DNA of 64,000 bases from Nitrospirota bacterium. GTDB taxonomy: Bacteria; Nitrospirota; UBA9217. The stretch's first letter is position 1. Each line of letters begins with the position of its first letter. Under the pieces are notes generated by a model. It had not been told where the DNA came from. It ran no database searches and saw nothing but the letters and a program-made list of their open reading frames with translations. This document shows, piece by piece, positions 23,701 to 33,655 of the stretch. The position numbers and the translations under genes are program-made. Where the stretch lies: positions 480,001 through 544,000 of the forward strand of contig CAVUCU010000004.1 of NCBI GenBank assembly GCA_963740085.1, in the 5' to 3' direction.

Positions 23701-24444
23701 TGAGTGAGGGCCGCTATTCGGGTTCAATGCGTTGTGACCCCTGTGTTTCCTGTAGCAAAAAGGAATTCGTTCATGCTTGTACAGGCAGCTGAATAAGTAT
23801 GAATGCGTGACAGTCCTTATGGTATAATAAAAACGGGTTTTGTGTGGGTCGCTTTTATCTGTTTCTAAATTCAGCACAGGTCACGATCCTGTTTTTTTCT
23901 GCACCCCAGTTCACAGCTCCGCGCAGGGCATGATTGCCGGTACTGATAACAAGCCTTTCGAGCATCGCAGCACTTCCCCTCGCCCGGGGGAACGGGCTTG
24001 GCCGTGTCTGCCTGGCTTTGTTACAGCATCGGTCTTTTCTACCTAACCATGCTTGTGCGCGAACCTGTTCATGGGATGCAGCGGGTCCTGGAAAGGCAAA
24101 GAGTTCTGCCGTCCCCCTGCGTCGGGTAGCTCTGACGCGAGAGACACGCATAGCAATGCTGCACTGATCATAGTTACAAGAGCAAGACAAGGCAGACACG
24201 GCCGAGCCCTTTTTTAAAGGGCAAGGGTGGAGTGATGCGAGTCCTGCATATCAGGGTGGAGGTACTGTACCTCTTCCCGGCATGCTGCATGGCCGAGTGA
24301 TGAGCTGCCCCAAAAAAAATCAATGCACACCTGGGACAAGCGCCAACCTAGATAACATTCAGGAAACAGATTGTTAGTGAAGAATAAAAAGCGATACATG
24401 CATTTAAGTGACACACAGAAAAGTCAGAAGAGCCATAAAAAACG

Positions 24445-25212
24445 ATGAAGCCGAAAAAGCAAATAAATACCAAACCGGCAAATGGAAAAACGAAACAGCC
24501 GGGGGCCCTGGTCAGGACAGAAAATAGATTGTCCGAAGACAGGGCTAAGATTTTGAAGCGCATACGCCTTTTTCATGGTCTTACCGATACCGAGCTGTTC
24601 GAACTCTCGCCGAAGGTGATACTGAGAGATTTCAAAAAGAACCACGTAATACTCCATGAGGAGGATACGAACAGCTTCATGTATATTATTGTCCAAGGCA
24701 AGGTCAAGATCTATCAGATCGGGAACCAGGGAAAGGAAATGATCCTTTCCGTCCACGGCTCTGGAGAGTTTTTCGGAGAGATGTCCCTTATTGACGGAAA
24801 GACAGACCCCGCAACGGTTGCCGCGATGGAATCCTCCATAATAGCGGTCATTTCACGGAACGATTTCTACGATCTCCTGCACTCCCAGAAAAAGATGCTG
24901 GAGAATTTGCTTGAGCTACTGTGTTCCCGGCTTCGTGAATCATGGAAAAAGATCCAGATGTTGAATTTTAACGACGCAGCGCAAAGGATCAAGATGCTTC
25001 TGCTTATACTCTCGGAAGACTATGGAGAAAAAACTCAGACAGGGTCGACCCTCAGGATCAAACTTATTCATCAGAACATCGCGGATATGACCGGCCTCAC
25101 GCGTGAAACGGTTACCCGGGTGCTTGACAAATGGAAGAGAAACGGCGAAATAAGAATGACGAAAGATAAATTTATCCACCTTAATCAAGAATTTGAATCA
25201 ATTCAGCTCTAG
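24445..25212 (+). CDS. Crp/Fnr-family transcriptional regulator
   Basis: cNMP domain GEFFGEMSL and HTH IADMTGLTRETVTRVL. Confidence 0.92.
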   Translation: MKPKKQINTKPANGKTKQPGALVRTENRLSEDRAKILKRIRLFHGLTDTELFELSPKVILRDFKKNHVILHEEDTNSFMYIIVQGKVKIYQIGNQGKEMILSVHGSGEFFGEMSLIDGKTDPATVAAMESSIIAVISRNDFYDLLHSQKKMLENLLELLCSRLRESWKKIQMLNFNDAAQRIKMLLLILSEDYGEKTQTGSTLRIKLIHQNIADMTGLTRETVTRVLDKWKRNGEIRMTKDKFIHLNQEFESIQL

Positions 25213-25375
25213 TACTTTACTCGCAGAAGCGTTTGTTTCTCTCGCTGGTATGTACAAATTTCCGCTAATGATAAGCTTCATCCAACCTTGATCCTTCTCT
25301 TTACGCCGTCTTTCTGCCAAAAAGCTGATTCATCTTCTTTCTTGGATAAAAAAATTGGCTAGGAAGTTTTTATCC

Positions 25376-25404
25376 TTGACAAAACCTCTGAAATTTCATA
25401 CAAT
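25376..25404 (+). promoter_or_regulatory. Sigma-70 promoter for tRNA-Val/thrS
   Basis: TTGACA-17 nt-TACAAT. Confidence 0.7.
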
Positions 25405-25427
25405 TCGCTTTTGCAAATATAATATAT

Positions 25428-25502
25428 AGGCTCGTAGCTCAGGGGGAGAGCGCTACCTTGACACGGTAGAGGTCGGCGGTTCGATACCGCCCGGGCCTAC
25501 CA
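25428..25502 (+). tRNA. tRNA-Val(GAC)
   Basis: Acceptor aggctcg/cgggcct, anticodon arm ctacc-ttGACac-ggtag, GTTCGA T-loop, encoded CCA. Confidence 0.97.
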
Positions 25503-25541
25503 TGATTTAATTACCGTACTATCATCTATGTTATCAATCAT

Positions 25542-27461
25542 ATGAGTGAAATACAGCTCAGGCTGCCTGACGGTCAGGACAGAAAGTATGCCTCTGGCAT
25601 CACCGGTCAGGAAGTTGCCGAGAAAATCGGCTCTCGCCTCGCTAAAGACGCGCTTGCCATTAAAATTGACGGTCATCTTCAGGATCTCAACATTCCGGTT
25701 GAACGCAGCGCCGGGATTGCGATCGTGACCTTTGACGTGCCTGAGGGACGCGAAGTGTACTGGCACAGCACCTCGCATCTCATGGCGCACGCGGTGAAGC
25801 AGCTTTTCCCGCAGGCAAAGCTCGCCATCGGCCCGGCGATCGAAGAAGGGTTTTACTACGACTTCGATCTCGATCGTCCCTTTACGCCGGAGGACCTTGA
25901 GAAGATCGAGAAGAAGATGGCGGAACTGGCCAAGGCAGCTGTCGTCATAACGAGAAAGACGTTTTCCCGGGCCGAGGCCCTGGCGTTCTTTGAAAAGAAG
26001 GGTGAGACTTACAAGGTAGAGCTCATCAGCGAGCTGCCGGAAAACGACGTGATCTCGATCTATGAGCAGGGAGATTTCGCGGACCTCTGTCGTGGACCGC
26101 ATGTCCGGACCACGGCGAAGATCAAGGCCTTCAAGCTCCTCTCTGTCGCAGGCGCCTACTGGCGCGGCAGCGAAAAGAACAAGATGCTGCAGCGTATCTA
26201 CGGCATCTCGTTTCCGGCGAAGGACGCGCTCGACGCCTATGTCGCGAGAATCGAGGAGATCAAGCGGAGGGACCACCGGAAGCTCGGCAAGGACCTGGAC
26301 CTGTTTTCCGTGTCTGACGAGGTGGGCGGCGGCCTGGTGCTGTGGCATCCCCGTGGCGCGCTTATCCGGAAGACCATCGAGGACTTCTGGCGCGACGAAC
26401 ACCAGAAGAACGGCTACGACTTCGTGTTCTCTCCTCATGTGGGCCGCGCAAATCTGTGGGAGACCTCCGGTCATCTCGGCTTTTACCGAGAAAACATGTA
26501 TTCGTCCATGGAAGTGGAAGGGCAGGAGTACTATGTAAAGCCGATGAACTGCCCGTTCCACATCATGATCTACAAGAATAAGCTTCGCTCCTACCGCGAA
26601 CTGCCGCTGCGGTACGCTGAGCTTGGTACGGTGTACCGGTTCGAGCGCTCAGGCGTGTTGCACGGTTTGCTGCGTGTTCGGGGTTTTACGCAGGATGACG
26701 CCCATATCTTCGTGGCACCGGAGGATATGGAGACGGAAGTTATCCGGGTCATCGGTTTTGTCGTAAAAATGCTCAGGACCTTCGGGTTCGAGGACTTCAA
26801 GGCCTATATCGCAACGCGACCGGAAAAATCTGTTGGAGATAACGCAGTGTGGGAGCAGGCAACGCAAGCGCTCAAGGTTGCCGCTGAAAAGGTCAAGCTT
26901 GGATACGAAATCGATGAAGGCGGCGGGGCATTCTACGGTCCAAAGATCGATATCAAGATCAAGGACGCCCTTGGAAGATTGTGGCAGTGCTCCACGGTCC
27001 AATTCGACTTCAACATGTCGGAAAGATTCGATATGAGCTTTATCGGTGTTGACAATCAGGCGCATCGACCGTATATGATCCATCGTGCTCTGCTAGGGTC
27101 TATCGAACGCTTTTTTGGCATGTTGATCGAGCATTATGCCGGCGCGTTCCCCGTCTGGCTCGCGCCGGTGCAGGCCAAGGTGGTGTGCATCACCGACAAG
27201 CAGTTCGAATATGCCAGGGGCGTTCGGGAAGAACTGCTTGCCGCTGGAATCAGGGCCGAGCTCGATGCCCGGTCTGAGAAGATCGGTTTCAAGATCCGCG
27301 AAGCCGCGATGGAGAAAGTGCCCTACATCCTCGTGGTGGGGGACAAGGAAGTACAGCAGAATATGGTTGCGGTGCGCGAACGCGGCGGCAAGGACCTGGG
27401 CGCGATGCCGCTTGCGGAGTTCATTGATAAGACGCTGAAGGATATCCGTGAGAAACGGTAA
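25542..27461 (+). CDS. thrS: Threonine--tRNA ligase
   Basis: TGS domain, DLCRGPH, RDHRKLG, KPMNCPFH, LLRVRGFTQDDAH, GAFYGPKID. Confidence 0.98.
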   Translation: MSEIQLRLPDGQDRKYASGITGQEVAEKIGSRLAKDALAIKIDGHLQDLNIPVERSAGIAIVTFDVPEGREVYWHSTSHLMAHAVKQLFPQAKLAIGPAIEEGFYYDFDLDRPFTPEDLEKIEKKMAELAKAAVVITRKTFSRAEALAFFEKKGETYKVELISELPENDVISIYEQGDFADLCRGPHVRTTAKIKAFKLLSVAGAYWRGSEKNKMLQRIYGISFPAKDALDAYVARIEEIKRRDHRKLGKDLDLFSVSDEVGGGLVLWHPRGALIRKTIEDFWRDEHQKNGYDFVFSPHVGRANLWETSGHLGFYRENMYSSMEVEGQEYYVKPMNCPFHIMIYKNKLRSYRELPLRYAELGTVYRFERSGVLHGLLRVRGFTQDDAHIFVAPEDMETEVIRVIGFVVKMLRTFGFEDFKAYIATRPEKSVGDNAVWEQATQALKVAAEKVKLGYEIDEGGGAFYGPKIDIKIKDALGRLWQCSTVQFDFNMSERFDMSFIGVDNQAHRPYMIHRALLGSIERFFGMLIEHYAGAFPVWLAPVQAKVVCITDKQFEYARGVREELLAAGIRAELDARSEKIGFKIREAAMEKVPYILVVGDKEVQQNMVAVRERGGKDLGAMPLAEFIDKTLKDIREKR

Positions 27462-27528
27462 CAAAATTATCAATTTAGAATTTTCAATTTGCAATTTACA
27501 ATTCCGGCGCAGCCGGTCAAGGGGGTGA

Positions 27529-28068
27529 TTGTTTATCAGTAAGATTACGACGAGAATCAATTTTATGATCAAGGTGAAGGATGTCCGCGTTATTTCGGCG
27601 GAAGGCGAACAGCTGGGAATCCTCGATACCCGTGAGGCGATCAAAAGGGCGGAAGATGCCGGACTCGACCTGGTTGAAGTAGCGCCCACGGCAAAGCCTC
27701 CGGTTTGTCGTATCATGGATTTCGGAAAATATAAATACGAGATCGCCAAGAAGGCACATGAATCCAAGAAGCACCAGAGCGTTATCGTCGTTAAAGAGAT
27801 CAAGATGAGGCCTCGTACCGACGACCATGATGTGCAGTTCAAAACGAACAACATCAAACGCTTCCTTGATGAAGGCAACAAAGTCAAGGTGACCGTGATG
27901 TTCCGTGGCCGGGAGATGGCCCACACAACCCACGGAAGGGCATTGCTGGATCGCATCCTGGCTGATCTGCAGAACGATGCTGCCGTGGAACAGTCGCCGC
28001 GCATGGAAGGCCGAAATATGACGATGATGCTCGGGGCCAAGATAAAAGACGCGGTGATAAAAAAATAG
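27529..28068 (+). CDS. infC: Translation initiation factor IF-3 (non-AUG start, likely ATC at 27535)
   Basis: DLVEVAPTAKPPVCRIMDFGKYKY, KVKVTVMFRGRE; follows thrS. Confidence 0.97.
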   Translation: MFISKITTRINFMIKVKDVRVISAEGEQLGILDTREAIKRAEDAGLDLVEVAPTAKPPVCRIMDFGKYKYEIAKKAHESKKHQSVIVVKEIKMRPRTDDHDVQFKTNNIKRFLDEGNKVKVTVMFRGREMAHTTHGRALLDRILADLQNDAAVEQSPRMEGRNMTMMLGAKIKDAVIKK

Positions 28069-28168
28069 ACCAACGCAATGAACAGTGAGTGATGCCACGG
28101 AAGAACGTTCTTCCGTTGTTACCATAAAGGAAGCGGCAAAAACCTGATATTTCGGAGGGGGAAGAGAA

Positions 28169-28390
28169 ATGGCAAAGGCCAAGGCAAAGATAAAATTGAA
28201 GACCAGAAAGAGTACGGCCAAAAGAATAAAGATAACAGGCACGGGCAAGGTCATGAGGCGCAAGGGATGGAAGGGACATCTGTTATCGGGCAAGAACGCT
28301 ACACGCAGGAGACGGCTTTCCGGGGCGGTGGAGCTTACCAAAGATAATCTGGAGAATGTCAAACAGATGCTTCCGTACGGCGTCAAATAA
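28169..28390 (+). CDS. rpmI: 50S ribosomal protein L35
   Basis: KLKTRKSTAKRIKITGTGKV..HLL; gene order. Confidence 0.95.
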   Translation: MAKAKAKIKLKTRKSTAKRIKITGTGKVMRRKGWKGHLLSGKNATRRRRLSGAVELTKDNLENVKQMLPYGVK

Positions 28391-28500
28391 TAATTAAAAT
28401 GAGATGACAGGAGTCAGAGGACAGAAGGTAGGTCATATGAGTTGTTTTATTTCTCGTCTGAATCTATCATCTGGCATCGTGATTTAAGGAGGAAGAAGAA

Positions 28501-28854
28501 ATGCCTAGAGCTAAAGGCGGCCCCAAGACGAGGGCCAGAAGAAAAAGGGTGCTTGACCAGGCAGAGGGCTACTGGGGAGCAAAATCAAAACTTTTCCGCA
28601 GTGCTACCGAACAAGTGGACCGTTCGCTTAAGTATGCGTATCGTGACCGGAAAGCCCGGAAGAGGGATTTCCGCAGACTCTGGATAGCGCGCATCAATGC
28701 GGCAGCCAGGCTGAACGGAGTTACGTACAGCAGGTTCATCGCCGGCCTCGCAAAGTCCGGTGTGGCGCTTGACCGTAAGATCCTTGCAGACCTTGCGATC
28801 ACGGATCCGTCCGGCTTCGCGAAGCTTGTGGATACAGCCAAGGCAGCATCATAA
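28501..28854 (+). CDS. rplT: 50S ribosomal protein L20
   Basis: YAYRDRKARKRDFRRLWIARINAA, LDRKILADLA. Confidence 0.98.
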   Translation: MPRAKGGPKTRARRKRVLDQAEGYWGAKSKLFRSATEQVDRSLKYAYRDRKARKRDFRRLWIARINAAARLNGVTYSRFIAGLAKSGVALDRKILADLAITDPSGFAKLVDTAKAAS

Positions 28855-28922
28855 AAGGTCTATGAATAAAGGGTAACTGTCAACTGGCAAGGTTGATAAG
28901 TTATTCAGTCCGTTCTATCGCT

Positions 28923-28950
28923 GGCCCCGGTTCTTCCGGGGCCTTTTTAT
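28923..28950 (+). terminator. Rho-independent terminator after rplT
   Basis: ggccccgg-ttctt-ccggggcc-ttttt. Confidence 0.85.
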
Positions 28951-28995
28951 TGTTGACATCTCCCCGTAATTCGGTTAAAAATCAACAGGAAAACT

Positions 28996-30816
28996 ATGTT
29001 TAATCGCTGCCGATCATTTATCGCAGCCTTCATGGCCTGCGCCATCCCGCTGCTTGTTGCAGCACCTGTGTACCCGTCTTACAATACAGAGGCCGGGCAT
29101 AAGTATACTGTCGCCCGCCAGCGCCTGGAAAACCTCAAGAAATCCAAAAATAAAATGAAATATAGGTCCTATTGGCTGGATTGCATCAGGACCTTCGAGC
29201 TGGTAGAAAAAAAATACCCTCGAAGTCCGAGTGCGGGGGACGCTTGCTTTGATAAGGCCGCAATATATAATGAACTCTATCATTACAATAAATATTCGAA
29301 AGATATCGCAGAGGCGCTCCAGTCCTACGCTGAGTGCCAGTCCAGGTATGCCAGGAATAGCAGGGCGCCTGAAGCGCTCTATCATATTATCGAACTCTCT
29401 CTGAAGTATAAGAATGACGACGATCTTGCGAAGGAAACCTATGAGAAACTCACCAAGTCATATCCTGACAGCTCCTGGACCAATAAGGCGAAGGCGCAAC
29501 TCGTCCCTGCTGTAAGAACGGTCAGGAAAAGAGGTCGGCAGGAAACGAAAATTCGAAAGATGCCTGTGCCGGCAATAGAAGCCTCTGGCAAGGGAAAGCC
29601 CGCTGGTGTAGTGCAGAGTATTCGTTACTGGTCGGGCGGTGCGTATACCCGTATTGTCATCGATCAGGATAAACCCGTGGAGTTTAATGCCTATGAGCTC
29701 AAAAGACCGGACCGCCTGGTCTTTGATCTTTTGGACACTCGGTTGTCGGCTTCAGTTGAAAAAGATCCGATGCCCGTGAACGACGGTATACTGAAACAGG
29801 TCCGGTCGAGTCAGAATAAACCGGATATCGTACGGGTAGTCCTCGATCTCGCAAGTATCAAAAGTTACTCTGCCTTTCCACTCCATGATCCCGAGAGGCT
29901 TGTGATCGATGTTACCGGTGAGGGCGGAAGGGAGTCCGGAACCGATTTATCAACCAGAGCATCCGGATCACCGCATAACGAAGCGCTTTCAGCAGAAGCT
30001 GATATCCAGGCAAGCGTCGAGCCGCAGTCACCGATTACGCTTCCTTCGAAGACACATGATGGTAACAATAATATCGGCGATTCGTTATCCATATCACGTC
30101 AACTCGGGCTCAAGATCAAGACCATTGCCATCGACGCCGGTCATGGTGGCCGTGACCCCGGAGCAATGAGCAGGGGTGGTTTGAAGGAAAAGACCATAAC
30201 CCTCGATATCGCAAAGAGGCTGGCAGCGCTCGTAAAGGAACGTTTGGGGTGCACGGTCGTGATGACCCGCGACAAAGATGTGTTTATCCCGCTCGAGGAG
30301 AGGCCATTCATCGCAAAGTCCAAGGGCGCTGATCTCTTTGTTTCTATCCATGTGAATGCCAACCGCAAACGCAAGGCACGGGGGATCGAGACATACATCC
30401 AGAGCCTCAGGGCCTCGGACCGCGATGCCATGGCTACTGCTGCGCGTGAGAACTCCATGTCAACCAAGCGTTTGAGTGAACTGAAATCAGAATTGGACAG
30501 GATATTCGCTGACCTGGCTAAGGACGATAAACTGGAGGAATCTCTCCAACTGGCGCATGCCGTGCAGGGATCGCTCGTAGACACGATGAAGCCGATCAAG
30601 GGGCATGTCGTGAACCTGGGTGTTAAGCGCGCGTTCTTTTATGTGCTGATCAATACTGAGATGCCGAGCATCCTCGCAGAAGTGGGATTTATCAGCAACC
30701 CTGAGGAAGAAAAACTTCTTAAAACAGAGGTGTATCGACAGAGCATTGCTGAGGCGTTGTACGAGGGTGTGAAAAAGTATGTTGAGTCCCGGTCGCCGCA
30801 GATGATGGGAATTTGA
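28996..30816 (+). CDS. N-acetylmuramoyl-L-alanine amidase (TPR-like, AMIN and Amidase_3 domains)
   Basis: YTRIVID, PERLVIDV, IDAGHGGRDPGA, LFVSIHVNA, PSILAEVGFISN. Confidence 0.92.
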   Translation: MFNRCRSFIAAFMACAIPLLVAAPVYPSYNTEAGHKYTVARQRLENLKKSKNKMKYRSYWLDCIRTFELVEKKYPRSPSAGDACFDKAAIYNELYHYNKYSKDIAEALQSYAECQSRYARNSRAPEALYHIIELSLKYKNDDDLAKETYEKLTKSYPDSSWTNKAKAQLVPAVRTVRKRGRQETKIRKMPVPAIEASGKGKPAGVVQSIRYWSGGAYTRIVIDQDKPVEFNAYELKRPDRLVFDLLDTRLSASVEKDPMPVNDGILKQVRSSQNKPDIVRVVLDLASIKSYSAFPLHDPERLVIDVTGEGGRESGTDLSTRASGSPHNEALSAEADIQASVEPQSPITLPSKTHDGNNNIGDSLSISRQLGLKIKTIAIDAGHGGRDPGAMSRGGLKEKTITLDIAKRLAALVKERLGCTVVMTRDKDVFIPLEERPFIAKSKGADLFVSIHVNANRKRKARGIETYIQSLRASDRDAMATAARENSMSTKRLSELKSELDRIFADLAKDDKLEESLQLAHAVQGSLVDTMKPIKGHVVNLGVKRAFFYVLINTEMPSILAEVGFISNPEEEKLLKTEVYRQSIAEALYEGVKKYVESRSPQMMGI

Positions 30817-30925
30817 GGCCGTTACGGGTGATGAGTGAAAAGTGGAAAGCAGGATGTTGCGCACGGGATGAAGGAAGAGAGAAGTTTTTATTGCTCATTA
30901 CCGATCACCCATCACGTTGTACTGA

Positions 30926-32048
30926 TCACGATTTTACCGCCCCTGCCGTTCCGCTTCCCGCGATCAAATAGGCATCAATGAACTGGTTGAGATCGCCATC
31001 CATGACTGCGTTCACATTCCCGGACTCCGCGCCAGTGCGGTGGTCCTTCACCAGCTGATAGGGCTGGAACACGTAGGACCGTATCTGGCTTCCCCAGGCG
31101 ATGTCCTTCTTCTCGCTCACCAGCTTGTCGAGTTTGTCATCATGCTCTTTCTTCCTCAGCTCGTACAGCCTCGAACGAAGCACCTTCATCGCCACGTTCT
31201 TGTTCTTGAGCTGTGATCGCTCGTTCTGGCACTGAACTACGATGTTCGTGGGAAGGTGGGTAATGCGCACCGCCGAATCGGTCTTATTCACATGCTGGCC
31301 GCCGGCGCTTGACGCACGATAAGTGTCGATGCGCAGGTCCTTTTCATCGATACCGATATCAATGTCGTCTTCTACCTCGGGATACACATAGACCGAGGCG
31401 AAGGATGTATGTCTGCGTTTGTTCGTATCAAAGGGCGAGATGCGAACGAGACGATGCACGCCGGCTTCCGCCTTCAATTTGCCGTAGGCGTAAGCGCCGG
31501 AAACCGTGAATGTGACCGACTTGACGCCAGCCTCTTCGCCATTCTGGTAGTCGAGGATCTCGGTCCTATAGCCCTGCGCCTCTGCCCAGCGCAGATACAT
31601 GCGCATCAGCATCTCGGCCCAGTCCTGGGCTTCGGTACCGCCGGCGCCGGGGTGGATCGAGACGATGGCGTTGGTAATGTCCTGTTCGCCCGAGAGGAGC
31701 GCCGCGATCTCTGCAGCCGAGATGTCCTTCCGGATGGATTCGATGTCGCGCTCCAGATCGGCGCGCATGTCGTCGCCGCCTTCTTCCGCCGCCAGCTCCG
31801 CCATGGCCTCGAGGTCATGAAACCGTGTCGAAAGAGAGTTCCAATCCTTGAGCGAGCGTTCAAGCGCGGCTTTATCCTTCATAAGCGCGTTTGCTTTGTC
31901 TTTGTTGTCCCAAAAGCCCGAGGCTTCCATGAGGAGGGTAAGTTCGGTCAGTTTTGCTTCTTTGGCAGGAGTGTCAAAGATGCCTCCGCAGGGTCTCTAT
32001 CCTGTTCTTGACTGAGTTAAGCTCCAGTTTCAGATCTTCTAAAAGCAT
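30926..32048 (-). CDS. prfB: Peptide chain release factor 2 with programmed +1 frameshift
   Basis: 24-codon leader ending CTT TGA C (31979-31973) with an internal GGAGG; then HRLVRISPF (SPF) and GGQHVNKT. Confidence 0.97.
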
Positions 32049-32243
32049 TCACGTCTCCAGTCACATCCTTAATCAGAAATCGACCAGATTATACCATAGA
32101 GAAAATGAACAATCAAAGACAAAGAAAAAATTGTCTGATTTTATAAAGGATCTGCTGATGAATTTTAATCAAGCAAGACCGCATGCAACCGACTAACAAT
32201 TCATTGAAATCTCACTATTTTTATGCGATAATCGCATCTCGTT

Positions 32244-33395
32244 ATGGTCAACCTGCGTACCACCGGACATAAATATCTCAGTATCTTCCTGATTCCACTC
32301 TGGGTCGGGCTGCTTGTGCTGCCTTTTACCGGCATCAGCAACGCATTCCGCATTTCAGCATCGTCAGTTTTCGCCATGCTCCTCTGGAGGATGCTCAGGA
32401 TCGATTCGGTCATGGCTGTACGTACCGCGGTCGCTGAAAAGTGCTTAAAAGCAGTTGCAGCCTTTCCCCCGATCACCCGATTTGCCTCCGCTCCGCTGAC
32501 GTACGCTCTCCTCGTGGTTTTCGTGATCATCCTTCCTCTCTTTCTAAATGATTATTATCGAGACATCATGACGCTGACAGGCATGTACGTTGTCCTTGCC
32601 CTTGGTTTGAACATCGTGGTGGGGCAGGCGGGGCTTTTGAATCTGGGATATGCAGCGTTCTACGCGATCGGCGCCTATACCTATGCCATCCTTTCGACAT
32701 CATTCGGGCTTCCGTTCTGGTCCGGACTTGTTGCCGGAGGATCCGTGGCTGCGGTATTCGCCGTCCTTCTCGGCATGCCGACCTTGCGTTTGCGCGGCGA
32801 CTATTTTGCGATCGTCACCCTGGGGCTCGGGGAGATCACCCGCATCATCCTTAACAACTGGGACAGCATGACCGGTGGGCCGAACGGCATCTCGAAGATC
32901 GGAAGACCCGTTATAGCCGGATACGAACTCCACACGACCCTGGATTTCTATTACCTCATCGCCGTGATCGTTATCATTACGATATTTGCCATGCACAGGC
33001 TTATCTCATCGCGAATTGGCCGGGCATGGGTAGCGATCCGCGAGGACGAGGTTGCCGCGGAGGCCATGGGGGTCAATACCTATCGGATGAAATTGCTGGC
33101 TTTTGTACTAGGGTCGGCATTGGCCGGGGTCGTCGGGGTTTTTTTCGCCGCCAAGATGGCCTTTGTCTCGCCGGAGAGCTTCACGTTCTTTGAGTCCGTC
33201 ATGATCCTGTGCATGGTCGTCCTTGGAGGGATGGGGAGCATCCCCGGGATCATCCTCGGGGCTCTTCTTCTGATAACGATTCCGGAGATATTCAGGGAGT
33301 TCCAGGATTACCGGATGCTGGCGTTCGGGATCGCGCTTGTCCTGATGATGGTGTTCAGACCGCAGGGGCTTTTGGGAGCGGTGAAAAGAAAATAA
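32244..33395 (+). CDS. livM: Branched-chain amino acid ABC transporter permease
   Basis: GLNIVVGQAGLLNLGYAAFYAIGAY, LRLRGDYFAIVTLG, AIREDE, VVLGGMGS. Confidence 0.9.
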   Translation: MVNLRTTGHKYLSIFLIPLWVGLLVLPFTGISNAFRISASSVFAMLLWRMLRIDSVMAVRTAVAEKCLKAVAAFPPITRFASAPLTYALLVVFVIILPLFLNDYYRDIMTLTGMYVVLALGLNIVVGQAGLLNLGYAAFYAIGAYTYAILSTSFGLPFWSGLVAGGSVAAVFAVLLGMPTLRLRGDYFAIVTLGLGEITRIILNNWDSMTGGPNGISKIGRPVIAGYELHTTLDFYYLIAVIVIITIFAMHRLISSRIGRAWVAIREDEVAAEAMGVNTYRMKLLAFVLGSALAGVVGVFFAAKMAFVSPESFTFFESVMILCMVVLGGMGSIPGIILGALLLITIPEIFREFQDYRMLAFGIALVLMMVFRPQGLLGAVKRK

Positions 33396-33404
33396 ATTAG
33401 AATT

Positions 33405-33610
33405 GCCACATAAGTCACAGAATGCACAGAAAACTAAAAAAGTTTCGTATCTACTCAGGAAAAAAACTGATTGGCCGTGAAAGAACGCAAGGATCGCAGA
33501 GAGAATTAAACTAAAGTACCTGCTTTCAGATTTTTCTTTGAGTTCTTTGTGTTCTTTTGCGGCAAAACTAAATCGGTTTATTTCTCTGTGCTTTATGTGA
33601 ATTATGTGGC
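33405..33610. repeat. Two nested imperfect inverted repeats of about 30 bp
   Basis: Outer gccacataagtcacagaatgcacaga / tctgtgctttatgtgaattatgtggc; inner gccgtgaaagaacgcaaggatcgcagag / ctttgagttctttgtgttcttttgcggc. Confidence 0.8.
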
Positions 33611-33655
33611 TAAAAGCTTTTCCGGTTTATCAGGCTCAGAAAGAATAAACAGATA

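Noticed and set aside
23880-24400. Short ORFs or ncRNA upstream of the Crp/Fnr gene
   Set aside because: No recognisable motifs, ribosome sites or consistent structure.
25497-28386. Long antisense ORFs over thrS and infC (and similar ones over the RND, recG and permease genes)
   Set aside because: Shadow frames of GC-rich coding strands, with no motifs.
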